From Trypanosoma brucei (lineage: Eukaryota), in the NCBI GenBank assembly GCA_000002445.1, contig CP000068.1, positions 992,001-1,056,000 on the forward strand: DNA of 64,000 nucleotides. The letters are read 5' to 3'. Made by a program: the position numbers and the translations under genes. Shown piece by piece: positions 9,201 to 20,508 of this stretch. Position 1 is the first letter of the stretch; each line of letters starts with the position of its first letter. The notes under the pieces were generated by a model. It was not told the DNA's origin. It saw nothing but the letters and a program-made list of their open reading frames with translations, and ran no database searches.

Positions 9201-12200
9201 TTATTCAGGAAGAAGGAATATGTGGCGTGAGCCATTGCCTTCCTCCTCTTCAACTCGCTCAGCTGCCTGCCTTAATAACAGTTGCGCATCGGTATTTCCC
9301 ACGCAAGCGTAACTTAAGTCACACATTGTGGCGTCTGACTGCTTTGCAGCGTCCTCCTCCTCCTCCTCGTCCTCATCGCCCCCCGTTTCATTCCCTTCTG
9401 TTTTGAATTTCTTCGGTACCGCCTGCATCCGCCGTGACGGGAGGTGGACATGCTGAAGAGCTTTCAAAAGGTCTGCGGCAATGTAATCCAAATCGTTGCT
9501 GTGAGTTGTGAATACATCAATGTACGCTGCTGAATGTCGGAAGAGACACGACGTGATGGAAGAGAGACACAATGACTTCAAGGATGGCGAAATGCCGTGG
9601 CAGTGACCGTGGGTGGCATCCTTCACGAGCTGAAACAGGAACGAAGCAAGTTGATTCAGCACAACGCTGCTACAGTAGCCACGTGATACACCGTCAAGGC
9701 AGCGGGTGAAGAGGAAGGAAAGTAAAGTCGGCAACAGATGCGCTCGCTGCCAAAGCACGTGCCGTGGCAACAACGTTGCCGAAAGTAGTCGAATAATTCG
9801 CAAAATGACAGACTCAGACAGGTATTGGGATCCATTACGGTACCCACTGGTACCGGTGAAAAGCAACGACGTAATGAAACTCATTTCGTGATCAATAAAG
9901 ACCTCATCTTCGTGTAGCGCCGCAAGGGGCAGCGTACACAACTGCAGCACACGGCAACACAAGCTGTGTGTACCCTCATCGTTTCGTTTGCTGCAATCGT
10001 GTGATGATACAACGGCGGCTTCAGCATTCACCAACAGACGCTTCGCGTCGTTGCGCCATATACTGAAACGCATGTGTGGAACGAAGCTGAGGCGATGCAG
10101 CGCTTCTGCTACAGCCGTCAACAGCTTCTGATGCCTGTCCTGTAGCTTTCGAAGATGTTGACACGCCCCCGTCGCTAATGGTATGGACGCGTGGAGGAGA
10201 GCATGCATATACTCCACCAGTAAAGACTGTGAGGGGCTTGTTGCGAAAGTATGCAGAATTTCTGGTATGATACAAAGTTGTTCAATCAACCAAAGCGTCG
10301 CTTTTTCCGTCTGATAAGCAGGATCACGCTGTAGAGCCACTATACGAAGTGTTACACATTCGCTTTCATGTTGTGATGCAATCTCTTGCGCTTCCTCCAG
10401 CAGACAATCCGTCGAATCGGAACAAAAGTTATCATAATTGCCGCACTCGTGCACATTGAAGCTCCCTAGTAGAGCAGCAAACCAGCGTGATGGGGAGTGG
10501 TTTGTTGTATCTTCAAAACCACCATCTTCAGACAGATCGCTTTGCCGACGCTCCTCATACGCAGCATAAAGAACCCACAAGGCTCGTGTCACCGCGCGGT
10601 TGCACGAACTCAGCATCGGCAACAGCACCGAGGCACTGCGTCGTCGCGACGCACTTTTGGAGGGTGCGAACAATTTGCGCAGCTTTGCGGCGGTGTCCGA
10701 AAGCTCACCTGACGCCACAGCAACGGCAGCCAAGCTGCGCCCGTTCCCAACGGGTTGCCGTTCATAGCTCCTCCCCCTTTTGTTGGCTTTTCCTCCTTTC
10801 CCACGATGGTTCACATTTTCTGACGCATCTTTCAATGCGGGAAGTCGAACACGTTCCAGTGTGACATAAAGCGAAGACATAGCGTGTAGCAGTGGCACGG
10901 ATGATTGGGGCTGGTGACGCTCCTCCACAAGTCCCTTCACCACCTCTTGAAGCAACTTACGCAGAAGATCCACCCAACGCAAGGAAACCTCAGTCAACTT
11001 GGTTCCCTCTACAACTATTGCTGATTCTTTTTTGTCCTCCGTGGCCTCCACGTGGTCAACACCACCTAGCGATGCTTCGAAAACCTTTCTTTCCCCCACG
11101 GTTTCCTCTTTAGCTCTGATGTCTTCTGCTGAACGGTGATGCTTCTTATCTGCGAGACGAGTCTTCTCCCCGTTGTCACCACTCTCACTATTCTCCACGC
11201 GACGCCGTTTTTCCGGCACTCTTACTGTCGAGGCAGTATCCCTGTGGCCCTCTTTGAGAACATAAGTTAAAGAAGTTCCGCTCATTGCGTCCAAAAATAT
11301 TGAAAGAACAGCGTAATTCCCGTCTTCGAGGCAAGCGTGCATTTTGTCAGCGACACTAATAATGAATTTTTGCGCGATAGGGGAGCTCATGGCTGTTTTG
11401 GTATCATAACGACACGCAGTCATGGCCATGGTGTAGAGCTGCCGCAATATGCCCAATGCATATCTTGATGACAGTGACAATCCGCTATCACTGTCCTTCG
11501 TGCTACATTGTTGTATCAGCAAGGCTGCAAACTTTGCTGAGAACATTCTACGCACAAGCTTCGTACAATCGTCGATTCCTTGCTTTGCCGCTGCCACCCT
11601 GATCCCCTCCGCATCGGTACAACTTTCCCCCTCTGCTGTATATCTGTTGCTAGCGTAAAGCATGGCATCGGCGACTGTAAACTGAACCCCTACGGTTTCC
11701 ATGAATGCCTCATTGAGTCCGTCGCGCTTGCGGTCACTCTTTCGACCACGATAATGCTCAAAACGATGATTTTCTTGATTTTCCTCGCTTTGTGTGTGTA
11801 AAAGAACCCAACGGAAAAGTGTTCGCACGCCCTCCTCACACACCAGAAGATTTAATACGAACTGAAGAATTTGTTGCCGTAGCAAGCACGACATACTACG
11901 TTGAACGTTTCTCTCTTCCTTATAAATAATCATCAACCAATGCACAAAATTTTGTAGAATCGGAAGCCACTGCGGAAGGTGACCAACACGACCCAAAACA
12001 TCATTTAACGCTGCAAACAACCTAATCAGGGGCGTATCCTCGGACCCCTTACCACCTGCGCTATCATTTTCATTCTTGGAGGTCATGTCGTGACGACATG
12101 CCAGAAGTTCCGAGTCATCAACATTCACCAACACCTCACAGAGGGCCTCCAACAGCAAACCTCCGCATGCCGCCATGCACCTTGAAAGCCATTGAGCACT

Positions 12201-15200
12201 CTTCGATTTCGTGAAACTGAGCTGTAGGAGCCAAACAAAAGCTGCACGAACACGTTTTGGTTTTGTGAAATGAACAAGGGAACTCCACTCTTCTTCGTTT
12301 AGCGTGTCGGCCAATGACAAAGCCAGATCGGCCTCATGATCAGGCAACACACCGCCCTCACTTTCCACAAGCATGTAGGAAAGCACAGTGTTCCCCAATC
12401 TCCGAGCCGACGAGGCGGGACCAACAGTGAAGCCAAGGGCCATGGATGTGGACCGCGCTAACATGAGCCGCTGCAACACGAACCGGGGTATAAGTGGTGG
12501 ACACTGCGTGGTGTGTGCGTGCCTCATCTGAGTTGTTATGCTTAGCGAAGCGCACAGATCGTCGACGGTAAGGGAACCGACAAGGGCGTCCACCTGCTGC
12601 TGCAGACACCACATGGATTCTTCGAGAAGTTGTAAGTAAGCATCCAAATTAGAGATACCAAGGTCCTGAAGGCAACTTAGGATAAGTGTCCGTGAACTGT
12701 AAATGGCATTGAGAGTAAGAAGTACAAGACGGTGGACCATTTTTTGCGGAATGACGGCCGCGCTGCACAGAAGAAGGGAGCTTTTTTCATTTTTTTTCTT
12801 CAGCTTATCGTCCTCCCTTGAGTTTTGCTCCTTTACCGGTAGGAACGTTTTGTGCAACTTGTTCACAAAAAACGACGACAGTGCGAGCTCCAACTCTGCT
12901 GCTCGCTCAAGGATAGAAGTGGCTGAGATGGATGTTGGTACAACTCCACTCAATACCGTCGAGACTACATCAAGTATGAAGAGTACACCCTGAGGTTCCA
13001 TACGAGACATCGTGGTCTTTACATTTAGTTTCTGATCTTCAGTTCCCAATGCTGTAACTTCGTCCTTCTCTGGGTTTGTTGCGGCATCATCGCCGCCGCC
13101 GCTTTCTTCGTTAACCTCCTCTTCAGAAGCCCAGTTAGAGACGTACGATAACAAACGAAGAAGCAGGTGCTCTGGGTCCATGGAAACATTGCATGCCTCT
13201 ATCAATGCTGCACGGATGTCAGGACGGGAAAAGATCTCCCGCAGTCCTACGGTTGTGCTGCTGGCTGCGGTGCCCCCGACCACTGTGTCCTCACCCTCCA
13301 CGACCTTACTTCGGTAAATCGCGTTCCCATCCTCCTTTACCTGCAAGACGATTGCATCGAGTAACATGGATATCCTGTTGCCTTTCCCCAAACGCGTAAT
13401 CAGGTTGACAAGAAAATCGTGCAGAATTGTAGTAGGAAACGCCTCTGCTTTTTCACCACCCAGATGACTCGACGCATTCGCCTTGGAGATACGAGAGGCA
13501 ATCTGTAGAATCGCTGGAACGTTCTTATCAATTACCTGTGGCGCAATCAACTCATAGGTGGACAAGCACTGTGTCAGCGCTCGTTCCACAACCGGCCGTG
13601 TCTCATGCGCAACGTCGTGACACGATGTGAGTAGCTGCGGCAAAACAACTTTCGCAAAGAGTAATCCCAGTACTTCATAACCGAGGCCCTTATTATACCG
13701 AAGGTCATTTCCAAGATGAAATACAGAAGGCGTCCCCTTCGCAGTAATGTTTGTAGCGGAAAACGAAATGGTATTGCGGACGAAAGTAAATAGGTCCCCG
13801 ATAGTACGCCATATCAAAGCACGTAAACCAGTGGTTTCCAACAGGTTATCACTCAAACCAGCTTCACCTACAGCAACGAGAAATTTCTGGAGACCGAGTA
13901 CCACTTCTTCCAAAAGAATAAGTGGAAGGTTTGTGTTATCATCTTCTGATTGATGTAGACATGGAGCATTGTGAGTTTGCCCATTGTCTGTGTTACTGGC
14001 GTCGATAACAGAGAGAAATTCCCGATAGGATGCGATGGATGGCTTCGACAGTGTGGATATCATGCTCGCACGGCTCATGAGTGAAAAAGAACTTAGTTGC
14101 GACACAACGGAACATCTGTCCTCGTCATCATCGATATTAGAGTTTCTCATACGTTTACCAGCGTATCTGTCGGATGCATGACTATTGGTAAGACCGTCAC
14201 CACCGTCGCCTTTATCCGTGTTTACCTCAACCCTGCTGTACCCATCACTGGAGTGAGTAGAAGCGTGATCACTATCATCCTTCCCGCCACTGCTGACGCT
14301 ATTAGCCCTCGAAGATGATCCCCAGCGCCGCCGACCACGATCTTGACGCGTTTCACGCTCTCTCAGCCACACCATCCGCCGCTGTTCCTGAGCAAACACG
14401 GTCCAACTCTCCTCCGCACAGAAACTACGGAAGAAGAATGGAATACTTGCAATCCAACCCGCCAAAAGAAGAGCGGCGTGGTGCTGCTCAGCAACGGGGA
14501 GTTTAGTGAATAAGGAAAGAGTCGATCGTTCAACTGGAGGTGTGGTAACGTGCGTAAGCATCGAATACTCCGTGGAGTCCCGCACGTTGTTCTGCATTAG
14601 TTTGATATCATCCCCACGGAAGTACACTACGATACGTGTGGCTCGATTACATGCGGCGGTAGAAAACAAAGAGGACAACGTCCGACGAAATGAACCAACA
14701 TCCGTGCAGCAGCACCCCGAAGGGGCCTCTGACACCATAGCGTCACAGAAACTAACCTTCTGGAAAGTTGAGAAATAACTAAGCGATGCAATCAGTGAAC
14801 CACTCGCCACCGTGTCCGCCCACGTAAGCAGGCAACTCGTCATGAAACTGTCGTTTTCGACATCTCGGCTTCTCGAGCGGATAATACAGTTAGGGGAACA
14901 CTGCGGACCACTACACTCCGTGTTCTTTACCTCCTTTACGTTGCCGGTGGTTTTGGTAGGTGACATGCCCGCGCCTGCTTTGGAAAGGTACTGAGAAAGA
15001 AGCGTGGGGCAAGGTCGTACGCTGTACAAAGCATTGAACGGCTGCTTTGATTGCATTACACGGAGTTGACGCACGACCGCCATTACCAATCCGGTACTAC
15101 TACGGCACAAGCTGTTCAGCAGCGCAGCCTCCCCGTTGGTATCGTTGACAGCTGCATGTCGTAACATAGTTGACACGATAAATGCATCCAGTGCGCTGGA

Positions 15201-15761
15201 AAGTAAATGTACCAGTGCTTGGGCCATCTGTGGTGAGTCTCCCATGTAAACCTTCGTATGGCGACCGCATGCCTCGGCAACCTTCCACAGAAGTGTATGA
15301 AGCCCCACTGCTTCTTCCAGGGGCGTAGCGAAAACTTTCCCGTCCAATGAAACATTCTCCCCATTCCGCTCATTCTCATTTCTTAGGTTGAACCGTTGCT
15401 CGTCCATATGGCGCACAACAAGCGCGGTAGCGTAACTTACCGCGTACAGCAAGGACTCACTAACTGTTACCTTTGACGGTACTCCATGATATGTAACATT
15501 AACATCACCACCACCCGGTTGTACGCTTTCCACAGTTGCCGCATCCTTTTCCTTATCTTGACCTTTACTGATGTCAGGATCAAGCTCTTCAAGACACGCC
15601 TGCCACGTGGGAATATGTGTCAATGCGTGAATGTTGGAACGCTTCGCGTCCCGAAGGGACGAGTTTACAAAGTCGCTTGCAGTTTTTCGCTTCTGGGCAA
15701 GCTGGCCATATCGCTCAAGTTTCTGAACCGCCGCACAGGAGAGCATCACAATCCCAACCAC
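9201..15761 (-). CDS. very large hypothetical protein (2186 aa), predominantly alpha-helical/repeat-like
   Basis: Uninterrupted 6.56-kb minus-strand ORF. A purine-rich (coding-strand polyY) tract lies immediately 5' of the start. I see no P-loop, kinase or HECT motifs. There are Ser/acidic low-complexity inserts. Confidence 0.75.
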   Translation of the reverse strand: MVGIVMLSCAAVQKLERYGQLAQKRKTASDFVNSSLRDAKRSNIHALTHIPTWQACLEELDPDISKGQDKEKDAATVESVQPGGGDVNVTYHGVPSKVTVSESLLYAVSYATALVVRHMDEQRFNLRNENERNGENVSLDGKVFATPLEEAVGLHTLLWKVAEACGRHTKVYMGDSPQMAQALVHLLSSALDAFIVSTMLRHAAVNDTNGEAALLNSLCRSSTGLVMAVVRQLRVMQSKQPFNALYSVRPCPTLLSQYLSKAGAGMSPTKTTGNVKEVKNTECSGPQCSPNCIIRSRSRDVENDSFMTSCLLTWADTVASGSLIASLSYFSTFQKVSFCDAMVSEAPSGCCCTDVGSFRRTLSSLFSTAACNRATRIVVYFRGDDIKLMQNNVRDSTEYSMLTHVTTPPVERSTLSLFTKLPVAEQHHAALLLAGWIASIPFFFRSFCAEESWTVFAQEQRRMVWLRERETRQDRGRRRWGSSSRANSVSSGGKDDSDHASTHSSDGYSRVEVNTDKGDGGDGLTNSHASDRYAGKRMRNSNIDDDEDRCSVVSQLSSFSLMSRASMISTLSKPSIASYREFLSVIDASNTDNGQTHNAPCLHQSEDDNTNLPLILLEEVVLGLQKFLVAVGEAGLSDNLLETTGLRALIWRTIGDLFTFVRNTISFSATNITAKGTPSVFHLGNDLRYNKGLGYEVLGLLFAKVVLPQLLTSCHDVAHETRPVVERALTQCLSTYELIAPQVIDKNVPAILQIASRISKANASSHLGGEKAEAFPTTILHDFLVNLITRLGKGNRISMLLDAIVLQVKEDGNAIYRSKVVEGEDTVVGGTAASSTTVGLREIFSRPDIRAALIEACNVSMDPEHLLLRLLSYVSNWASEEEVNEESGGGDDAATNPEKDEVTALGTEDQKLNVKTTMSRMEPQGVLFILDVVSTVLSGVVPTSISATSILERAAELELALSSFFVNKLHKTFLPVKEQNSREDDKLKKKNEKSSLLLCSAAVIPQKMVHRLVLLTLNAIYSSRTLILSCLQDLGISNLDAYLQLLEESMWCLQQQVDALVGSLTVDDLCASLSITTQMRHAHTTQCPPLIPRFVLQRLMLARSTSMALGFTVGPASSARRLGNTVLSYMLVESEGGVLPDHEADLALSLADTLNEEEWSSLVHFTKPKRVRAAFVWLLQLSFTKSKSAQWLSRCMAACGGLLLEALCEVLVNVDDSELLACRHDMTSKNENDSAGGKGSEDTPLIRLFAALNDVLGRVGHLPQWLPILQNFVHWLMIIYKEERNVQRSMSCLLRQQILQFVLNLLVCEEGVRTLFRWVLLHTQSEENQENHRFEHYRGRKSDRKRDGLNEAFMETVGVQFTVADAMLYASNRYTAEGESCTDAEGIRVAAAKQGIDDCTKLVRRMFSAKFAALLIQQCSTKDSDSGLSLSSRYALGILRQLYTMAMTACRYDTKTAMSSPIAQKFIISVADKMHACLEDGNYAVLSIFLDAMSGTSLTYVLKEGHRDTASTVRVPEKRRRVENSESGDNGEKTRLADKKHHRSAEDIRAKEETVGERKVFEASLGGVDHVEATEDKKESAIVVEGTKLTEVSLRWVDLLRKLLQEVVKGLVEERHQPQSSVPLLHAMSSLYVTLERVRLPALKDASENVNHRGKGGKANKRGRSYERQPVGNGRSLAAVAVASGELSDTAAKLRKLFAPSKSASRRRSASVLLPMLSSCNRAVTRALWVLYAAYEERRQSDLSEDGGFEDTTNHSPSRWFAALLGSFNVHECGNYDNFCSDSTDCLLEEAQEIASQHESECVTLRIVALQRDPAYQTEKATLWLIEQLCIIPEILHTFATSPSQSLLVEYMHALLHASIPLATGACQHLRKLQDRHQKLLTAVAEALHRLSFVPHMRFSIWRNDAKRLLVNAEAAVVSSHDCSKRNDEGTHSLCCRVLQLCTLPLAALHEDEVFIDHEMSFITSLLFTGTSGYRNGSQYLSESVILRIIRLLSATLLPRHVLWQRAHLLPTLLSFLFTRCLDGVSRGYCSSVVLNQLASFLFQLVKDATHGHCHGISPSLKSLCLSSITSCLFRHSAAYIDVFTTHSNDLDYIAADLLKALQHVHLPSRRMQAVPKKFKTEGNETGGDEDEEEEEDAAKQSDATMCDLSYACVGNTDAQLLLRQAAERVEEEEGNGSRHIFLLPE

Positions 15762-16544
15762 TACAACTTTTCACTAAAATGCCGAATAAAAAGGATGGAG
15801 AAGGGGGAAAATGTTTGCTACTTGGAGAAAAGACGAAGCGAGGTCACAACAACAAAAATAGAACGTCAAGCAGTTACCTACTTTTTTTTGGTTTCCATTC
15901 TATTGATACAGTAACCATTGCTAAGGGGGGGGGGAATCTGGTAAAAGGAATGCTCGGGTGCTAACCAACCCAGCGAGCTCTGCAACCGCCCTCCTTTTCC
16001 ATTTCTGTTCCCACTCATAAATTTCTGATGAAAATTATTGATTACTTAACTGTAGTGACTACTTTCCCCTTGCTCTCCTTTTTATTTTTGTCGTTGGCAA
16101 CTTCCTTCCTTCCTTCTTTTTCTTTTTTGCTTTTGGATGTTTTTCTTTCTCACCCGTCCCAATGGTTCTTGAAATTTGTCCTCATGACGTACACAACATT
16201 ATGCACGAAAGAGCCAGAAGATGCAATATTCACGACAAATAACACGCACCCAAGTGATTTGAACATATGTTGACTCACCTTTAAAAAAAAAAAGCACTCT
16301 CCTTATTAAAATTTATTCGAGTCTCAATGGTTCCTTCTTCGTTGTCACACCTTGAAATGGCATTTCTTCCGCTCTTCTCGACTGTTGAAAGAAAGAAATA
16401 GACAACAAAAGGTAATAATAATAGTCACATCACATCTTTATACACGCCGGCGTAAATCGCCACGCTGTTATTAAAAAACGAAAGCATTCAATCACCTCAT
16501 CTCTTTTATGAAGCAATGAGCAGTTTAACCTCCACCACCATATT

Positions 16545-18938
16545 TTACTGGTCGTACACCGGTGAGTCAGTTTCACGGTCTTCATTAATAATAGTGGTGC
16601 GATTCTCCTCTCCATCATCTTCACGACGACGAGTCTCACTGCGGTGCTTGCTCGCATGGCTGCCAGAGTCGATGTCGACACTCTTGTGGCGGTTGGGCAC
16701 CTGGTTATTTACAAAGTGGCGAAGGACATAATTATCCACAGATTTGCGCAGGCGAGTCTCAACATCTTTCTCCAATGTGGCTCGGAGATTGGTTGCCTGA
16801 AGTGACAGTGAGATTCCCTTGCGTTTTGACTCTGCTTTAAGAGCCCGCCCAAGTAGTTCCTTAGCAGTGTGAGAGAAGTCCTCCTTATTTAACACGGCAG
16901 GTTTACCGCGAAGTCCACGAAGGTACAATGTTAATTGTTCGAGAATAACACGTTTCGCCGAGCTTCTCCAATCACCGGCGTTTCGCGAGCCGCGGGCTAC
17001 ACTACTTGCATTACTTCTGCCGTGTTTCCTAGAAGTGCCGCTAGTTGCATCCCACATCACGGATGATGCTCTCGAAGATGCACGGGACATTGAGCCTGCA
17101 CGGCTTAGCGATCGACCAGTGCGTGAAATGCTCCTCATATGTTGACTTGCCATAGTGGCATCGCATCCTGCAGCATCAGGCACTTCACTCCTTCCCCATA
17201 AGGACTCCTGTGACGGTAAGCGAAGAGTTTGGCTGCACTGCGCACTGTAGTATCCATGTTGCTGGGCGGCTAGGGAGTCGGGTGCTGTCGCACTTGCATC
17301 GATAATAAAAGTCGCACGTGGGTCAAAACTTGTTTTGAGTGGAGAAAGTACTGGGATATCGGCGTCCGCGTCGATTGCGACGGCGGTATCGGTAGTAACA
17401 TTAAAGCCAAGCCCGAGGGCGTTGTAACCAACCAAATCAACGCCATCTTCCATACAACTTTCTGAGTGACGTTCATTCTCAAACCTGAGGTCGTTAAAGT
17501 TGTATATGGTGGTCGGCCTTCGCTGCCTCGGAATGATATCGTTTGTTTTGTGGGAAGCAGCGTTGTAGCACTCCCTTGCACGCTGGTCCACCTTCCTGAG
17601 TGTCTGGGAGAAACGCCTGGAGACCGGTCGCTTATCACTCATGGGGTCGAGAACAATCATCTCACGGGACCTCCGCCAGTTTTCCATCACAGAAGCCTTT
17701 GGAGCTCTCAAACCTAACTTTCCGAGACCCTGTTTGGATGCAACAAACCGTTCCCGTTCCCGCTTCTGGGAGCCGTAAACGTCCAGCAGAGCAGCCGCCG
17801 ACTCGCGTGGGAGGGCCGTGGCGGACGCTGCATCCAACAAGTAGCCAAAAGAGGTATCGACAAACGAGAAAAGCTGGGTTGCTGCCCTTCTGCGCTTCCG
17901 TTCGTGCTGCGGAGGCGTTATCTTCTCCATATGAAGTTCCTGTTTAACAATTTCCTCCACGCTGAACGAATCCTCCAGAAATTTTATCCGATTCCGAATA
18001 TTTTTTAGTTCCTCGGTTTCTAGCTGCTCCTCATTCTCACTTTCTGCGTCGCGTATCAATCGCCTAAGGTGCAGAACTTCTGCCCGTAAGGCCACCAGCC
18101 TCGCCTCTACAGCGCGAATAAGCGCAGACTGTTGTAAATTGAGAGCACAATCACTAGCTTTAGCCTCATCGACTGCTTTGCGGTGGTAATAGTTTATTTC
18201 AGCAACAAAGGGGGCTACAGGAGACCCGGCGCAGCTGTCAAAGAATCCAACATAATCCCCTGGACGTCTTTCAGAAGGAGAGGAGAAGCCGCGGCGAGAA
18301 GTGTTCTTGGTGGCGTTGGACCCTTTCTTCCCTTTGGATGTTGGTGTGAAACCCAAACTTTTCTCGATTTCTCGCCAGTGCCCCAACCCAACCCCCTCTT
18401 CTTCTTCTTCATCCTCTCTGCTAAAAGAGCTCTCCTCGGAACCTTCTGAGGTGCCACTGTTTCTTTCGTCGCTGCTGCTTGCTGTGTAATCATCCTCGTT
18501 ATCCATAATACGCGCGTTCTTCCTCGTTTTCTTGAGGGGAACGGCAGCACCATCTCTCTTTTTTCCAGTAGCTTTCCTCTCTTTTCCTTTCTTTGTCCTT
18601 TTTTCTCTGCTGGGCCTCGCCGTCCACTCATTATCACCATCTGCAGATTCGTTTTCTCCACTACCTGTTCCCATGATGAGTTGCTTAGCAACCGCGACAC
18701 CGGCAGCAGCGGCTGGGTGGTTCATGCGCTCTTGATTATTCATATCAAACGGCTCAACAGCGGTTAAGGGAACAACAGAGCCGGATTCACTACCGAGGAA
18801 GTACACAAACTGATTATCAGCAGGGACATCCACTGGTGCCTCTTCTGCAGGAACTACGATTGCGGCATAATACACATCTTCATACAGGACCCAGCGCAGG
18901 CTACTTCCGGGGTCTGATGCTTCTGAGTGTTGCGCCAT
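16545..18938 (-). CDS. hypothetical basic/coiled-coil protein (~798 aa from Met at 18938)
   Basis: ORF 16545..19064. The first 42 codons cover a CA-repeat-derived low-complexity stretch (FVCVCVCSG). The internal Met (MAQHSEASDPGSS) is the more plausible start. The protein has K/R-rich blocks, an acidic Ser-rich block (SSSDERNSGTSEGSEESSFSREDEEEEE) and a coiled-coil segment (LVALRAEVLHLRRLIRDAESENEEQLETEELKNIRNRIKFLED). Confidence 0.6.
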   Translation of the reverse strand: MAQHSEASDPGSSLRWVLYEDVYYAAIVVPAEEAPVDVPADNQFVYFLGSESGSVVPLTAVEPFDMNNQERMNHPAAAAGVAVAKQLIMGTGSGENESADGDNEWTARPSREKRTKKGKERKATGKKRDGAAVPLKKTRKNARIMDNEDDYTASSSDERNSGTSEGSEESSFSREDEEEEEGVGLGHWREIEKSLGFTPTSKGKKGSNATKNTSRRGFSSPSERRPGDYVGFFDSCAGSPVAPFVAEINYYHRKAVDEAKASDCALNLQQSALIRAVEARLVALRAEVLHLRRLIRDAESENEEQLETEELKNIRNRIKFLEDSFSVEEIVKQELHMEKITPPQHERKRRRAATQLFSFVDTSFGYLLDAASATALPRESAAALLDVYGSQKRERERFVASKQGLGKLGLRAPKASVMENWRRSREMIVLDPMSDKRPVSRRFSQTLRKVDQRARECYNAASHKTNDIIPRQRRPTTIYNFNDLRFENERHSESCMEDGVDLVGYNALGLGFNVTTDTAVAIDADADIPVLSPLKTSFDPRATFIIDASATAPDSLAAQQHGYYSAQCSQTLRLPSQESLWGRSEVPDAAGCDATMASQHMRSISRTGRSLSRAGSMSRASSRASSVMWDATSGTSRKHGRSNASSVARGSRNAGDWRSSAKRVILEQLTLYLRGLRGKPAVLNKEDFSHTAKELLGRALKAESKRKGISLSLQATNLRATLEKDVETRLRKSVDNYVLRHFVNNQVPNRHKSVDIDSGSHASKHRSETRRREDDGEENRTTIINEDRETDSPVYDQ

Positions 18939-19112
18939 GACGTTGTGGCTTGCGAGTAATTTTATGCCACTACACACACAAACACACACAAACGTCAAAA
19001 TAACTCCCAACGATTTAAAGGGGCGTTTTGTACTACTTTCGGAAACCACCTTTTTCTTTGTCAACTCTTTCCCCCTCAGTTAATTTCCTTGCGAGGTTTC
19101 GTTATTAAATAA

Positions 19113-19132
19113 ATATATATATATATATATAT
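19113..19132. repeat. (AT)10 microsatellite
   Basis: Seen directly. Confidence 0.9.
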
Positions 19133-20508
19133 GCCTGTTACCTTTTTCTTTATTTTACTTTCCTGTTTTTTTGACTGTTCCTTCCTTTTCTCTCTTTTGC
19201 AGGACGTAATAGCACCTGTTTGTTTTTTTTTAGGGGAAACAGATGCTCAGCAAAGTATAAACTTGTATGATAGTATTATCGCTCTGCCTCACTGTTGATA
19301 TGGATCGGATTTCCCCGCGAACAAATACTGTTGAGAACAGTACTGTCTCAACTTATTTACTATCTTTAAAGATATATATATATATATCTGTGTGTGTTTT
19401 GACCTTATTCTGCTCACTTTAAGATGTTTGTTTGTTTTTCCTTTCGTCGTTTCAACCCTCGACTAAGCTTCGGTGCAGAAATGACGAAGAAAGAGATGAA
19501 GAGGCGAATGCTCTCATATGTGTGTGCAGATTTATGTGTGTACCCAGTGTGTGAAACACAAAGCGAGACACATAATTACAGCACATTATTTCATTAGTAG
19601 TGTTTCTTTTTTTTTTCCTTTTTCCTCACTTTCGAGTAAACGAGGTTATTTGTTTCAAACACCACAGCGATAGTAATTTATCGACAACGTGCGAGCAAAC
19701 AATGCAGCGAGGGTGTCACTTCTGTTACATGCGAAGCGAAACCTAATGTATCTGAAACAAAAAAGCAGCCGTGATGGTTACAACGTTAACCGTGATAACA
19801 ATCATCCTGAAAAGTTCAACCACAATGGAAAAGAACAAAAGAGGAGAAAAGCATATAAATATCACTTGAGTGCAGCGAGAAAAATTATGACATTTTGCAT
19901 GTTCCTCTTCCCTTCTTTTGGTTTGTTTTAACATCCATCACTTTCGGTTTATTCCTTTACCTCTTTTTTCCTATTTTTTTTAAAAATTAATTCTCTGACT
20001 GGTGGTTTTATTCCTCACAATAGGTCGCATTCACACGTAAGTTACCAACTGATTTCTTAAGTGTCCCTCTCACGTTTCAGTACAACACAACACAACACAA
20101 CACGCCATATCACATCACATCACGGCACAATGCAAGTTTGTGTTATTGTTAAGCACATATCATCTTAAGAAACATAAACCAACCCCTGCAGCCGCTGTGT
20201 TGAGATCTCCTCCACCCTTTTCAGTAGTAAAATGAGAGCGCCATGAATGGCGATAAAAATTCGAAATAAGCAAATGCCAATATACACCGAATATACCAAT
20301 CTTTCCCCCCTTTTCCATAATAGACACTTAAGTGCCGCCGCCTCCAACTGAAGAAACCTCCCAAGCGACATATTTGCGCGCGTTCGTTCCGATCCAGCTC
20401 GTGCTGGCATTGTATTCAGCACTACCAGAGTTAGTACGTTCATTTCTTTCGCCAAGAAGCCATCATTTAACTTATTTTTTTTTTGACGCTCACTATCTTT
20501 CCCTTCAT

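Noticed and set aside
16240-16275. tgttcaaatc-like sequence on the minus strand, reminiscent of a tRNA T-loop
   Set aside because: The flanking bases cannot form the 5-bp T-stem. No acceptor stem or anticodon arm could be built around it. No tRNA is called.
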